Below, piece by piece: positions 18,555 through 39,476 of a stretch of 53,798 nt of DNA. Made by a program: the position numbers and the translations under genes. The notes below the pieces were generated by a model. That model was not told the origin of the DNA. It worked only from the letters and a program-made list of their open reading frames with translations, and ran no database searches. This DNA is from Macrostomum lignano. Its lineage: Eukaryota. Positions within the stretch are counted from its first letter, which is position 1. The number at the start of each line of letters is the position of its first letter. Where the stretch lies: contig NIVC01001640.1 in the NCBI GenBank assembly GCA_002269645.1, positions 1 to 53,798 of the forward strand, read 5' to 3'.

Positions 18555-21500
18555 TCAGTGCGGTGGCGAAAACACCAGCCCAGTCCTGTTGGTTGTCAGC
18601 GCGCAATCGCTGGTGCCGCTGTAGTCCCACATGCAGTACCTGGACAGGTACCTCAGAGAGCAGTATCGGCAGCAACACTCGCTGAAGTACCTCGGCGGCA
18701 CCTCCGGCTTTTTGTAGGCCCGGCACCAGCTGCCCACCTTTGCGTCAGTCAGATCCGCCTCGATCTCCGGGACGCGGAACAGAGTGACTCCCAGCTTCTC
18801 CCCCATCAGCTCAATGTTGATTGGTGGCAGCGGAATTTTACCGTTGCTTGAAACGTAGGCTTGCAGCATTTTACCTGCACCATGAGATAGAGCATTGCTT
18901 AGTAACCTTGCTTACCTTGATTTGAATGAATCACCTTTTATCTCAATGAGTCACCTCTGATTTCAATGATTCACTTTTAATCTCAATGAGTCATCTTTAA
19001 AATGAATGAGTCATCTTTAAAATGAATGAGTCACCTTTAAAATGAATGAGTCACCTTTAAAATGAATGAGTCACCTTTAAAATGAATGAGTCACCTTTAA
19101 AATGAATGAGTCACCTTTAAAATGAATGAGTCACCAATTGATCGGAAGAAGGTACAGTTATCTAAATTGATCAATACTGTCCTAAAGAAGACACCCTATT
19201 CCATGACAAGTAGCTTTTGTTTGTTTTCAGTGAGTCGCATTAATCTCGAATCAGTTAAGCTTGCTTTACAGGTTTCCACCTTATTCTAAACGAGTTTTAT
19301 TTCTAAATTGAGGCAATGTTGTCCCAGAAGTCAACTTTGCATTCTCTCACCTCCAGTTTCGTTTCCATAGAGATAGATGGGGTTGATTCTGCCTCGATTA
19401 TAGCACAGAGTGTAGAGCTTCTCAGCGTAGGACGGCAGGTTGCACTTTCGAAGTGGATCCTACAGTGGAGGAGACGTTCCATCGAAAGTATTTGCATCGA
19501 ATCGAGTTGACACAATTGTTAATTTTGTTTCAAACCGTGTCTTACACTAAAGTCGCTTCTCTTCCCGTTGTCGAGATATTCGTCGTCTGTAACACAATTT
19601 AAAGCAGATGTGTGGCAAATTTTGTCAATTTTTTAACTGTCTTTTACAGACAACAACGCACCTTTAACAATGGTGAACTTGATCAGAAATCCACCGTACT
19701 TATCCGTACTGCGAGGCAACGGCTTCTTTCCGTTGGCGACTCGCGCTGTGACGAACTGCACCGTCACAGCGTTGCTAGTGCTGCCAGACATCAGGTAGTT
19801 CTTGGCGCCGAAGACGCTCGGCTCGCTGTAGCTTGGCGGCGCCGTTTTGCCGCCTGCCTTGCCGTAGAACTTGCCCAGCAGTTTGCCGCCAACGCTCGCG
19901 CCCTCGTACACGGCCACATAGTCCTGCGGCCCGGCCGTGCTGAACTCCGGGAACTGGAGCAGCAGCTTGGCTGACCGGTGCGGCGGCGCCAGGGTCCACT
20001 GGCAGTTCAGGCCGCCCGGGTAGGCCGCCCTGCCCTGGCCAAGGTGGCTTCGCAGGGTTCGCTGGCACGCTTGGCCATTGCTGCCGGCAGTTGAGTCGTC
20101 CTTGTCGTCGTCGCTGTCGGCTTGCGGTTTCGAAATTTCGCCACATCCTGCAGTGCCATGGAGGTTGGAGTATGACACCAGCTTTTACAGATAGATATCA
20201 CCAGGTGTACTCAAAGTCACTGCAGGAGCCCGAAATTTCACAAAAAACTCTGGTTGCTTTCGACATACGCGTAACGTGAAGATATGAATAATTCACGAGC
20301 TACTTTGGAGCTTTTGAAAGTCACTGAACTTTATGCTGCTGTTGTTCCGTCAAATATTGAGGAGCAGCATTGGTATTGGTGCACTTCGAAGCAAGCAGTT
20401 ATCGTTAATATTAAATAGCCAAGTGTATTCGCGTTCCTCAATAGGTTTTCGCCCGAGTTAACTTCGTATGTGCTCGGAATTATTCCATTGACATCGCAAT
20501 CACCAATTTTGTGGTTCAGTGACTAATTAAAACACAAATAGTTTTACTGCTAGTAATAGTAATAACAATATGTTTTTAGAAAATACAATAGCTCGCGATC
20601 TGCGCTCCCGTTTGGGGAGAAAACAAAGAAAATAATTATTTTTTGAATAAACACACGTAGCTTTTACCTTGTACAGTGGCTATTGTTTGTTTTTAAAGGA
20701 AAATATACACTGACACGGCTGTTTTGCCAGGCAGCGTCACCTCCAGGAAAAATCCGTAGCTAGGAATGCTCATTCTGCCTCTCCGGTGTTGAGAATGTGG
20801 AGCACTTCATATGTGAATGCTTCGCCTTTACTCAGGACAGGCTCACCTAACTCGACCCAAACCCGAACCTCTCCGACGTTTTCAGACCCGACACCCTCTG
20901 CCAGCTCGTCCGCTACATGTGGACTACCGGGCTCTCCGGAGGGGGGACGAGCTGCGGACACCGGCACCCAGCTATATCTCCCTGTGCGACACCGCAGCAC
21001 CAGCTGCCCGTGGTTGCCAGGGGTTAGCGAAATGGGTGGCGACGCCTCCTCGCTGTATCCGGATGCCTGGAATCCCCTGAAGCTAAGTCAAGTCTCGCAA
21101 GTAAGTCAAAGACATTGACACTGACATCAATTGGCATCTCAAAACCCCACCCATGAGCCATATTTCAGCAATAACCATAAACTTTGCTCACCTCCGGGAG
21201 ATCCGTGAGCCACCATTTGGCAGATAGTGAGTCTGACGTCGCTGTCCAGCGCCGTCACCATGACCCAGCTGCCGGTAGCTTCGCAGTTGAACGACTTCCT
21301 GACGAACAAGTTTCCGTTTTTCCCATTGACGCAGATAGAATTCTCAACGGACAGTTGGAAGTTTTTAGTCCACTGGTTGAACTCGGCAGCCGAGTGCAGC
21401 TCGATCCGCTCGAACTGGAAGCTCCTGTCAGTCTGCGCCATCCACCAGGGCCGATGACTCGCACTGGTCATCGCGCAGCTGCTCAAGGACACCTTCGGGC

Positions 21501-24500
21501 TAGTTGATACAGAGCACTCTTCGTCGTAGGCCAGGCTGCACGAGAATGTACCATCGGCACCTCTCAGGTTGCTGGACTGGCGACAGCTGTGCAGTCGGAT
21601 TCGCTCTGGTTAAAATGCATGCAGCGCCTTGATTGTTGGATCAAATAGTGATGAAATTCGGGACGAAATCCCCAACTGCCGCCAATCTCCTCTTCTAAGC
21701 TGCAGGAAATTCTTCTGAACCAAAAATCGAAGGGATACCCGTGCTCTCACTATGACCTTCACAGGTCACGGTTGCTTTGTCAGGCAATTTCCACAAAGCG
21801 ACCGCCGGAGCAAACTCTGCCCCTTTTGCAACCTCGAGAACGAGGAAGTTAAGCACTTCGTCTGCCACTGCCCGGTCTTCAAACGAGACCGGCTCCACCA
21901 CTTCGGGATCCAACCCGTCCCCTAGACGACGCTTGCCGGCCAGAGAACTTCCCACGGCTCATCCGGTTTCTCCGGGCCACCAGACGAGCCTCTGTCCTCT
22001 GTCCAAGCAAAGTCAAAGCGATGCAAATTGAAAGAGGATGTGAACTTAAGAGTCAAAATGGAGCCCGAAACATTTGGTTCCGATTTCTCTATTCATTTGG
22101 AGCTAAATACGAGTAGCTCCCGCCGTGCCTAAAACCGACCACTTTAGAATTTGGGGATCTCTATGGGGGAGAAATGGGATAAATGGGGATTTCACGATAT
22201 AAATGTGCGAAAATGATGTTTACCACCCTTCGTCTCGAAACGTCGGCTCAACGTCCACAACCCCCTTTGACGTTATTTACGTCTCCATCAAGGTGGGGAA
22301 ACACAATGAGAGCTGGGGTGGGGGATAACATAAAAAAGTATTAAGAAGAGCGTTTATCATGGTCATCTCGTCATTTAAGCATTTGAAGCTCCAAATGAAG
22401 GGATTGGCTTAGAGAAACCGAGACCCAATGCTTCAGGCTCCATTCTATAGAGCTTTAAGTTCACATGAAAACCCCATTTATCCCATTTCTCCCCATAGAG
22501 ATTCCCAAATGCTAAAACGATCGGTTTTAGGCATAACGGGAGCTACGAGGGTTTGGCTCCAAATAAAAGGACTTGGCGTAGAGAAATCGGGACCCAATGT
22601 TTCGGGCTCCATTTTGACTCTTGAGTTCACATCCTCTTTAAGCGTTCACCAATATTACCATGCGGTGACGTGCGTTAACAGTAGCACTCAAAATTCCGCT
22701 CGGTATGCAAGCCTCAGTCTTTATTCCAAATCACAAGCGAGGCAGATAAAGGTGTCTTGGTGCCACTTTAGAGTGAGCAAAAATTGCACTTAAAAAGGTC
22801 AACAATTTGAAGTTCAATAGGAATACCAATATTACTGATAGAAGGCACTCTGAACGCTGCAAAAGGCTTGAAAAGTATTGTTATAAAATCTTCGGCATAA
22901 AACTTTCGAATCTTACCTCTAACCACCAAGGCAATGTACTTGTTGACAGTGGTGAAGTTGCACAGATTTTTTCCCATTCTAGCCAGCGGAAACGAACAAG
23001 TCAGGGACTTGTTGTCGAGGTGTTCGCTTTTGAACAGGATCAACACGTCGGTGACATCCAGCAAGTTGGACCCGAGGTCGGGCAGTTTGATGGATAGCTG
23101 GTCTGCGTGAGGACGAGTTTAAAGCAAAAATATGAACTTTGAATGTTACTGACATTCAACTGTTACTGACAGTCAATTGTCACTGACAGTCAATTGTCAC
23201 TGGCAGTCAATTGTCACTGGCAGTCAATAGTCACTGACAGTCAATTGTCACTGACAGTCAATTGTCACTGACAGTCAATTGTCACTGGCAGTCAATTGTC
23301 ACTGAAATCAATTGACACTGTGACTAGAGTCGGTGACAATTTAAGCAAAGCCCAATGAAGTTTTAACAAGAGTTCATTAACTCACCGTTTCCAGCCGGGT
23401 CGGGCTTCGAACCCAGATCCTCTCCGTTGTACAACAGTTCGAGGTAGAAATTCCCCGACACCACCTGCTCCCCGGTGAGTTCCCTGAGCGGCGCCGACCA
23501 GCTCAGCCACTTGTACAGGCCGTAGACTTTGAAGTCCAGGATGCGCGGGGGCTTTCTGTGATCGGCGACTCCTGCTGGAAAGGAGGTGCGGGCGGGTTTT
23601 AGAAAACAACTTGCAGTCAGAGTCATTAAATACACAGGTGACAGTACCCCCGACAATCAGGGTCATTAAATACACGGGTGAGAGTACCCTTGACTGGGGG
23701 CCGTAGCCCAGCGGTAGCGCAGCTGCTCTGGTGTGCCAGCGACCCAGGCTCGATTCCAAGTGCAGTCACATTAATTTGGGGCTGAATTGGAATCTTGGAG
23801 AGCTTGGCTCTGCTCGTGAAATTAACGGCCTTGAGAGCCAACCCCCCAAGGCGCAGTGAAGTGTACATGCCTAACGATAGTATAAAGTTAGGGCCACTGT
23901 ACACTCCTGTGTGAGTGTGTGCCTGCGTACGTATCCGCGCGCTTGTATGCCTGCTCAGGGGAGTCGGCGGAATGGGCAGTAATGCCTCTCGCCGGTTGTG
24001 TGCCTATGTCGCTTAAAGTGCGCCAGGGTGCATGCATACAACCCCCTGCCTCTAATAAATAAAAATACCCTTGACCATCAGGGTCATTAAATACACAGTT
24101 GACAGTACGCTTGACAATCAGGGTCATTAAATACACAGGTGACAATACCCCCGACAATCAGGGTCATTAAATACACAGGTGACAATACCCCCGACAATCA
24201 GGATCATTAAATACACAGGTGGGAACATTCCTGCCTTTCAGGGTCACTCAGGAACAGGTGACAGTACCTCTGACAATTAAATGGGTCTCGCAGACACAGG
24301 TGACAGTACCTCGCCTCCGACTTGCAGGGTGGAAAGGATCTTTCCTTTTTACAATTATTACGTTATAAAAGCAGAGATACAAATTAAGAAGAGCTCCTCA
24401 TGGCTTACCTGGAGCATCGCCCAAGTCACCTTCTCCGGGCTTCGCCTGCAGGCCAATTGCCAAATAAACAACCAGAAGAAGCAGAACGAGCGGCGTCAGA

Positions 24501-24511
24501 AACGACTGCAT
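18555..24511 (-). CDS. Secreted protein, 565 aa: signal peptide, unknown N-domain, F-type-lectin/FA58C-like domain, CUB domain, Cys-rich C-terminus; exons 24511-24409, 23574-23386, 23102-22917, 21605-21192, 20147-19662, 18874-18555
   Basis: MQSFLTPLVLLLLVVYLAIGLQA signal; RQSSN...SLAYD...SCAMT...RPWW...LTICQMVAHG (FTP-like); YPGGLNCQWTL...LLLQFPEF...DYVAVYEG...GKFYG...VTVQF...GGFLIKF (CUB). All introns are phase 1; total 1698 nt is open. Confidence 0.85.
18920..19135. repeat. 20-bp minisatellite (AATGAATGAGTCACCTTTAA)n containing TGAGTCA
   Basis: Nine perfect TGAGTCA copies counted. Confidence 0.9.
20764..21118 (+). mobile_element. 5'-truncated non-LTR retrotransposon 3' fragment (degenerate C-terminal CCHC zinc knuckle)
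   Basis: An unlisted frame reads ECSFCLSGVENVEHFICECFAFTQDRLT*LDPNPNLSDVF...LVRYMWTTG (C-x2-C-x8-H-x4-C). Confidence 0.7.
21700..22030 (+). mobile_element. Second non-LTR retrotransposon 3' fragment (R1/I-like C-terminal domain)
   Basis: An unlisted frame reads RRDTRALTMTFTGHGCF...LCPFCNLENEEVKHFVCHCPVFKRDRLHHFG. Confidence 0.75.
22033..22637. mobile_element. MITE with ~165-bp imperfect TIRs, AG...CT ends, TTAA-like target (Kolobok-like)
   Basis: AGAGGATGTGAACTTAAGAGTCAAAATGGAGCCCGAAACA at the left end is matched by its reverse complement ending at 22637; flanks are TGAA (left) and TTAA (right). Confidence 0.7.
23150..23320. repeat. 17-bp minisatellite (ACAGTCAATTGTCACTG)n
   Basis: Tandem units with a CAATTG core. 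Confidence 0.9.
23620..24310. repeat. ~37-bp minisatellite (GACAATCAGGGTCATTAAATACACAGGTGACAATACCCCC-like), interrupted by a SINE
   Basis: Units on both sides of the SINE at 23695-24065. Confidence 0.8.
23695..24065 (+). mobile_element. tRNA-derived SINE with 10-bp TSD TACCCTTGAC
   Basis: A-box-like TAGCCCAGCGGTAG, B-box-like GGCTCGATTCC, A-rich tail AATAAATAAAAA; TSD at 23685-23694 and 24066-24075. Confidence 0.8.
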
Positions 24512-25464
24512 TGGAACTTTCTCTCTTAATCCTCTGATTTAAGCAGACTGGAGGTAAGAATAGTTGAACTTTTGTTATATTCAATAAGCAAACAGCTGTC
24601 TCCAAGCAATTACAAACCACTCTTTGCCAGAGTATTTATCAAAACGATTGTGTTCAGTTGAAACCCTGTTTTTTTATTTGTTTCTATGGCCTAACTTCGC
24701 CCTAAAGAATATCTGGTATAACAATATTTTTGTTTACGATTGTGTATTCGTTTGTACTTTTACCAATTTGCTAAGCTTATAGTCTTCCGATGAACAGATA
24801 AGAAGAAAAAGAACGAGTTCAAGTTCATTTTTAGATCACTTCAAAGTGACACTGTTCACAGCCAATTCTTCGATATTTCATTTAGCAGAAATAAATCACT
24901 TCTACTAAAAGTAATACAGTTGACTAATTTTCTCATGCAACTTGAAATTTCATCAACTTAATCAATTCCGCTGTGTTCACATACTTTTAAATATTTCTCT
25001 TCCGGATTCCCACTGAGTTGGCAACTGTACGGCAGCGATTAGTTTGGCAAATTTCCACACCTGGATTGGCAGTGCAGCCAGTAATGAGTACCGCAGTGTA
25101 GCAGAGGTGCGCCTGAATGCAGTGAGTTTGACAGGGCAGTCCTACGAAACGGAGAAATTCCTACTACAGCTGCTTTCTGTGGGCCTCTCTTCCCAGAATT
25201 CCTTCAGTTCAAGGCCTCTCTCAACAGTCTTTCCCGCTTGAAGTGCCCCCCACAGTCGCTGTCAAAAAGTACAGGATTTAGAGAGATTTGGCCGCGTCCA
25301 GAGGTAGAAACTAAAAAACAACAACCATAAGCTGTTTCGCTTCAGACCATGACAATGATGATGATGTATACTCCTGCCCCCCGGGTTCTTATCCCTCCCT
25401 GTGTCTCTCTCTCAAGCCTTTGCGAGGCGGATCCCCTTGCAGATTGTTTGCCCATGCGCCGAGC

Positions 25465-25560
25465 TCTGATTGGCTGTCCGGAGCCACTTTCTCCTGGCAG
25501 AGGGACGCAGTGGCTTAGGGGGGAGGCACTGCTGAGACTCTGCGCTCGCTTTTTATAAAC
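25465..25560 (+). promoter_or_regulatory. Candidate promoter of the GPCR (reverse CCAAT box, TATA-like TTTATAAA)
   Basis: CTGATTGGCT at ~25466-25475 and TTTATAAA at ~25552-25559, upstream of the ATG at 25646. Confidence 0.4.
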
Positions 25561-25645
25561 TAACGCAGTGATGGAGCGGTAAAAGCGCTCGTTTTGAAAG
25601 GGGCTCCTCGGTCGGCAATATCCAGAGCTACGCATAGTCAGCATC

Positions 25646-34391
<8,746 letters not shown>

Positions 34392-34437
34392 AAATTGCCG
34401 ACTTTCAGTCAGCTGCTGACAAACTGAGGGAACCTCC

Positions 34438-34640
34438 GCTCCCTGATCAGTCCCTGAGTCTGCCTATCAGCTCCCTGATCAGTCCCTGAGTCTGCCTATC
34501 AGTTCCCTGATCAGTCCCTGAGTCTGCCTCTCAGCTCCCTGATCAGTCCCTGAGTCTGCCTCTCAGCTTCCTGATCAGTTTCAGAGTCTGCCTCTCAGCT
34601 CCCTGATCAGTCCCTGAGTCTGCCTCTCCAATCCCTCAGT
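34438..34640. repeat. 32-bp minisatellite in the GPCR 3' region
   Basis: CTCCCTGATCAGTCCCTGAGTCTGCCT(A/C)TCAG, about 6 copies. Confidence 0.9.
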
Positions 34641-35518
34641 CATTATAAGACGTATGTCTTACTTTAAGCTGAAAATGGTTAATTCATGATATTTTACCGA
34701 ATGGAAACTCCCAACTCAGACAAGAAATTGGATTGGCATTTTTCTAAACCCAGAAAAGTCCTGTATAAGAAGACTCCTTAGCAGATTCAGTCGGTCAAGT
34801 CAACAGCCGCTTCAACACGCGATGACGATTTAAGAAATTACAATTCGAACTTTTGTTGACTTCAGTCGTCGAGTGAAAGCTTTTGGACTATGTGAAATCC
34901 AAATCCATTGGAATCAGTGTGGATTAAACGCTAATCCCTATCCTCCTCTGGATTAGGAGGATTAGGGATGCGCTTTTCAGAAGACTCCTTCCAGATTGAG
35001 ATCGTGACAGCTCAGGCTCGTCAAAGATTCGCGCTTATTTAACACGCAAGCAAAACCTGCATGGCTACGCTATTCTGTTGTATTGCGTCACTGCAAAGTG
35101 CATTGCAGTCATTCTGTTGAGGCACTTTTAGACTTTTAGGAAACCCCTGCGTTTGAATAGATTTATCGAGTCTATCTGTTTTTGTGGAAATACACTGGAT
35201 ACCTGATGCTTTGCACGAAAAATCAGTTGCTCTTGGACTGAATAAGAAGGACCACTCTGAATAACTGAATACCCAACCCTGGGGGAAGTCACGATAGGCT
35301 GAATTGAAACAGTGGATGGTTGGCAAGCAAAGGCAAAGGCACGCTAGCCTTTCAATTGACAACTGAACTGAAGCAGAAAGCAGCTGCACTAATTTGAGGA
35401 ACATTTAACGAAAAAGAAGCCTTCTGAACCTCTGAATTTCAATAACCAGGCAGCTATATGCGTATTTTCCGGGACTAATTAACGAGTTGCTGAGGTATCG
35501 TTAATTTAAGGGGATCGT

Positions 35519-35675
35519 TATGTGGATGGATAGCTATGTGGATGGATAGCTGTGTGGATGGATAGCTATGTGGATGGATAGCTGTGTGGATGGATAGCTA
35601 TGTGGATGGATAGCTGTGTGGATGGATAGCTATGTGGATGGATAGCTATTATGAATGGATAGCTGTGTGGAGGGA
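35519..35675. repeat. 16-bp minisatellite (TGTGGATGGATAGCT[A/G])n
   Basis: Tandem units read directly. Confidence 0.9.
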
Positions 35676-36176
35676 GTTCAGCGGCATCTTCGGTTGTATT
35701 TCTGCCTAAGCCCCTTCCATTGCTTTAACTATCATCGTCTGTCTCGGCTAGGGTAGAGAGAGGCCGGCAAAAAGTCGACGCAGAGAGGCAAAAACAAGCG
35801 GCAGTTGTCTTCAATCTGCTGTTGTGCGAGGGCGTTCAAGTATTTGAGTAGCGTATAGCTCAGAAGATGGAGATGGGCTCTGTTTGTTTCTGAGACAATA
35901 AAAGACAGGGACTAACCTACCCTTAGCCACCCATGGCAAACGCTTAACCACGAATGCTCAGGTGACCCCTGCGTGCGTCTGTCCACGCGAATTCCAATTG
36001 CACCCGAAGAATGACAACCCCAGCTCAACACTTGTGCGCGCAGAAGGCCGGAATAAAAAGCTCACGCAGTGAGAGCTCTGGCTCGGTCCATCAATGACGG
36101 GCCTCAACTCTGAGCTGACTAGAAGCGTCTTGCAGCCACTGCTATAAGGTATTCGCCCCGGTGAGACTCAGCAGCC

Positions 36177-38890
36177 ATGCGTAAGTGTCATAGATAATAA
36201 TTTATGGCTTAATTTTCACAGTTTGCATCTGTGTAACATAACTAGCTGCAACCGAGTCACTTGAACTAAAATCAAATCAAGCAGTGGCACGTTTCCTGCG
36301 GCAGAATCTCAGCAAAAAAATAACTAATGAACTTTGCTTCAAGTTACCAAGACAGAGAACCTGCTTCAAAGTATTTTTTCACTTGAAATAATTAGCGGCC
36401 AATTAGATAGCAAAAAATCGCCGGAAAGTACTGCAGTAGCTGCTTGAAACGTTTTCAAATGAAGCGGCATTCTAGAAAATTTAGTTTGAACTGCAAAACT
36501 CTCGATTTACGTTTAGATGGCTGGGAATTTTCGTTCACCTGTGTCATTTCTTTACACTCAAAACCAATCTAAACTAAAGAGATTCTCAGGGCATTAAAAG
36601 TACATTGATTTGGGGTTGTGACTCTGAAGGAGTGCGTGGATTCGATACGTAGATTCGTTTCGGTGCTACTCTAGGATATAGACTGAGACAAAGATCTAGG
36701 GTAATTAAAAGACTAACGGGCATGCAAATTGGGTTTGAGAAGTTTCTGATATTTTAACTCATTGCAGCCAACGCCGCTGCCACAGCTGCGCCGCTTCTGG
36801 CCCTGCTGACCATCTGCGCGTTGCATCAGCAGCCGTCCCAGGCCCTGGTTTGGACGCAGGCCTTCAGCTCGGAGTTGGCCACTCGCCAATTCTTTGGTTT
36901 TCGGCTGTGCAACGCGCCTCCATCGAAGAGCGTTGTGTTAGAGGCGGTAGATGCTTACAACATCACGGACGCGAACACGCCAGGTTTAGTCTACTCGGTG
37001 AAGTCAAGAATTAAACTATACGTCATCTTCTGCAGTGGAAGTTCAGTAGATGCCACTCAAAATTTTTTAGTAGCGGGAATGCCGACTGTGATTCAATGGC
37101 GAGACATCTGCGACAACACGATCAACCTGGCTATTTACCTGCAGTCGTCAGTTACACCAGAGTTACAGAACACTTTGCAGCCCTGCAACTATGAAGTACA
37201 GCATTCTGGAATCACTGAGCAGCAGGTGACCGCGTGGGTGCTGGTGACCTACACAGCCAACTGGGACCCCGTGTGGGTCAATCGAACTCTACCAGAGCCC
37301 AGAGACAGCAACACCACAGCATCTGTAATGCTCAGTAGCAGCACGGATCCACTGTCGAATGCCACTTGGTATCGCGTTCAAGTGAACTCTGGCCTGCTCG
37401 AAGATTCCATGTCGCCAAATCAACGCGTACAGGCGGTTTTGACGTCCATTTCAACGGCTCCGGGGCAAAGATGGTGGCTGCTTATCTGCAGTGTTCTCAA
37501 TGCTACGGAGAACTTGCTAGTGAAAATCTCTGACAACAATGAAACTGTGGATATGCATATGGACTGTGGGAGTCTCGTACAGCCTACCCTGGTGCTGGGT
37601 GCTCCAGCCAACAGTTCCAACGAAACTCTCCCAGTCCCGGCCGTCCAAAGCTCCTCCGGTGGCTACTGGGGCCCCACACTGCAGCGACTTCTGACTGAGC
37701 AGACGTTTGGGGGCCTTAACTTCTGCAACGCATCCGAAGCTGACGGGGCTGTCCTCGTGAATGCGGTCGACGAAATCGTGATCGGGTTGGACTCCGGCGC
37801 CACTACACCTACCGTAGTCAGAGCTACCCTTGACCTTTACGTGGCACCCTGCGACAGCAGTTCTAGCCTGGCACTGGGAGACGCCTTTTTAAAAGTTTTC
37901 CTCCAGGGCGACGCGAATTGGACGGAGGTTTGCGCGGACTCCGCCAACCCGACTGTCACTGTGAACTTGGTCAACAGAACCGCATTGCGGTTCAACCCGT
38001 GCCCGGCAGCCAATGCCACAGCAGAGGAATCTGCTGCAAAGCTGGCCTGGTGCATTCTGGCTTTGAACTCGTCCGATTCAGAGCTGCTGTGGACCAACCG
38101 AGACACCACTAGCCTGGTCGAGCCGTCGGCTGCCAGCGTGTCCTTTCGGATACTCGGGGACGCCAGCAACATGGTGCTGCAATGGGGCAACGTTTTAGTG
38201 AACGGAATTTCAACTGGGGACAATGCCGACCGACTGGTCCAGGTGTTCCAATCAGTTAGTACCTCTTACTGGCCAGTTGTTTGCCAGCTTTTAAATCCTT
38301 CGACTGGGAGCTTCATGCTTATCGAGATTCAGAGCGGTGAAATCAGTAGTAAAAAAATCAACCTCTATGCAAACTGCAGCTTTGAAAGTGAACTCTCCAG
38401 CACTCCACCGCCTACTCAACCTCCAACAGCGGTAGAAACCACTGCTGCTTCGACATCTGCACCATCATCAACGACTCCGTCAGCTACTTCAACGACTAAA
38501 ACGACGACGACTACACCAACAACCACGACTACCATGCCAACAACCACGACGACCACGTCAACAACCACGACAACCACGTCAACAAGCACGACGACAACTA
38601 CGCCGATGACCACAACAACTTCAACAAGTACATCAACTGCAACCACAACTACACCAACTACAACTACAGAGGCTTCATCAGCGTCACAACAATCAGAGAG
38701 CACCTCTACCACAGTTTCTGTACCTGTCACACTCTCTGCCGAGCAGAGGAAAGATAAGAAAGACATCGAGGATGCTGAAGGAAGACTGGATTTCGGAACT
38801 CAGACAGCCGTGTTGGTCTTTGCTCTGGTAATTATGGCGTTACTGTCCACAGTTGGTATTTGCAAGCTGGTGGCACCCAGGTCTATTTAA
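36177..38890 (+). CDS. Mucin-like type I membrane glycoprotein, ~708 aa; exons 36177-36180 and 36768-38890
   Basis: TATA-like TATAAG at ~36143; ATGC|GTAAGT micro-exon; signal peptide MPNAAATAAPLLALLTICALHQQPSQA; many NxS/T sites; Thr-rich stalk; TM TAVLVFALVIMALLSTVGIC; short tail. Confidence 0.8.
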
Positions 38891-39476
38891 AGATAGCTGC
38901 CGTACATGCACTCCATGGCCACGTCATTCATTAATTTTTTAACAATTGTTCATGATGAAAAGATCGGTGCTCATTTAATGATTTAAATTTTAATTCATTT
39001 AATATAATACTTTTTTGTACGATTTTACATTATTGTAATGTGAACTGCTAATTTTTTCATCAATTTGTTTTTTTGAAACTTCTACTTGGTATTGCCAAAT
39101 AAAAGTATCATTCAACGCTCAAATAATTCCAGTTGATGATGCATAGCACATTTTTAATAAAAAGTCGTAATAATGCTTCAAATGAACTGTATAAAAATTG
39201 GCGTGATTTTCAAAGAGCCTGCAAAATAATCTCTTTCTAACTGAGCCGATATGAACCGTTCATTTGAACCGATATGAACCGAAAATCTCATTTTCGGTCG
39301 GATGGTAAGTTTAAGTTTAAAAGCTTAACGCTCATACCATAGACTATTTTCTTAGGAGTGACGACTTTCCATGTCTATCACTATTCCAGTCGGATGAAAA
39401 TGCATAGCCTAAGAACACTAACATAGATATATTGTATTTTTACGAGTTACGACTGAGTTAAATCATTCTTAAAGTA

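Noticed and set aside
23695-23770. tRNA genes at 23695, 32770-32838 and 53559-53623
   Set aside because: No complete cloverleaf or acceptor stem; they continue into SINE bodies or are truncated.
25044-25241. Short ORF between the lectin/CUB and GPCR genes; also 28335-28754, 35039-35404 and 50810-51154
   Set aside because: No recognisable motifs, splice context or ATG support.
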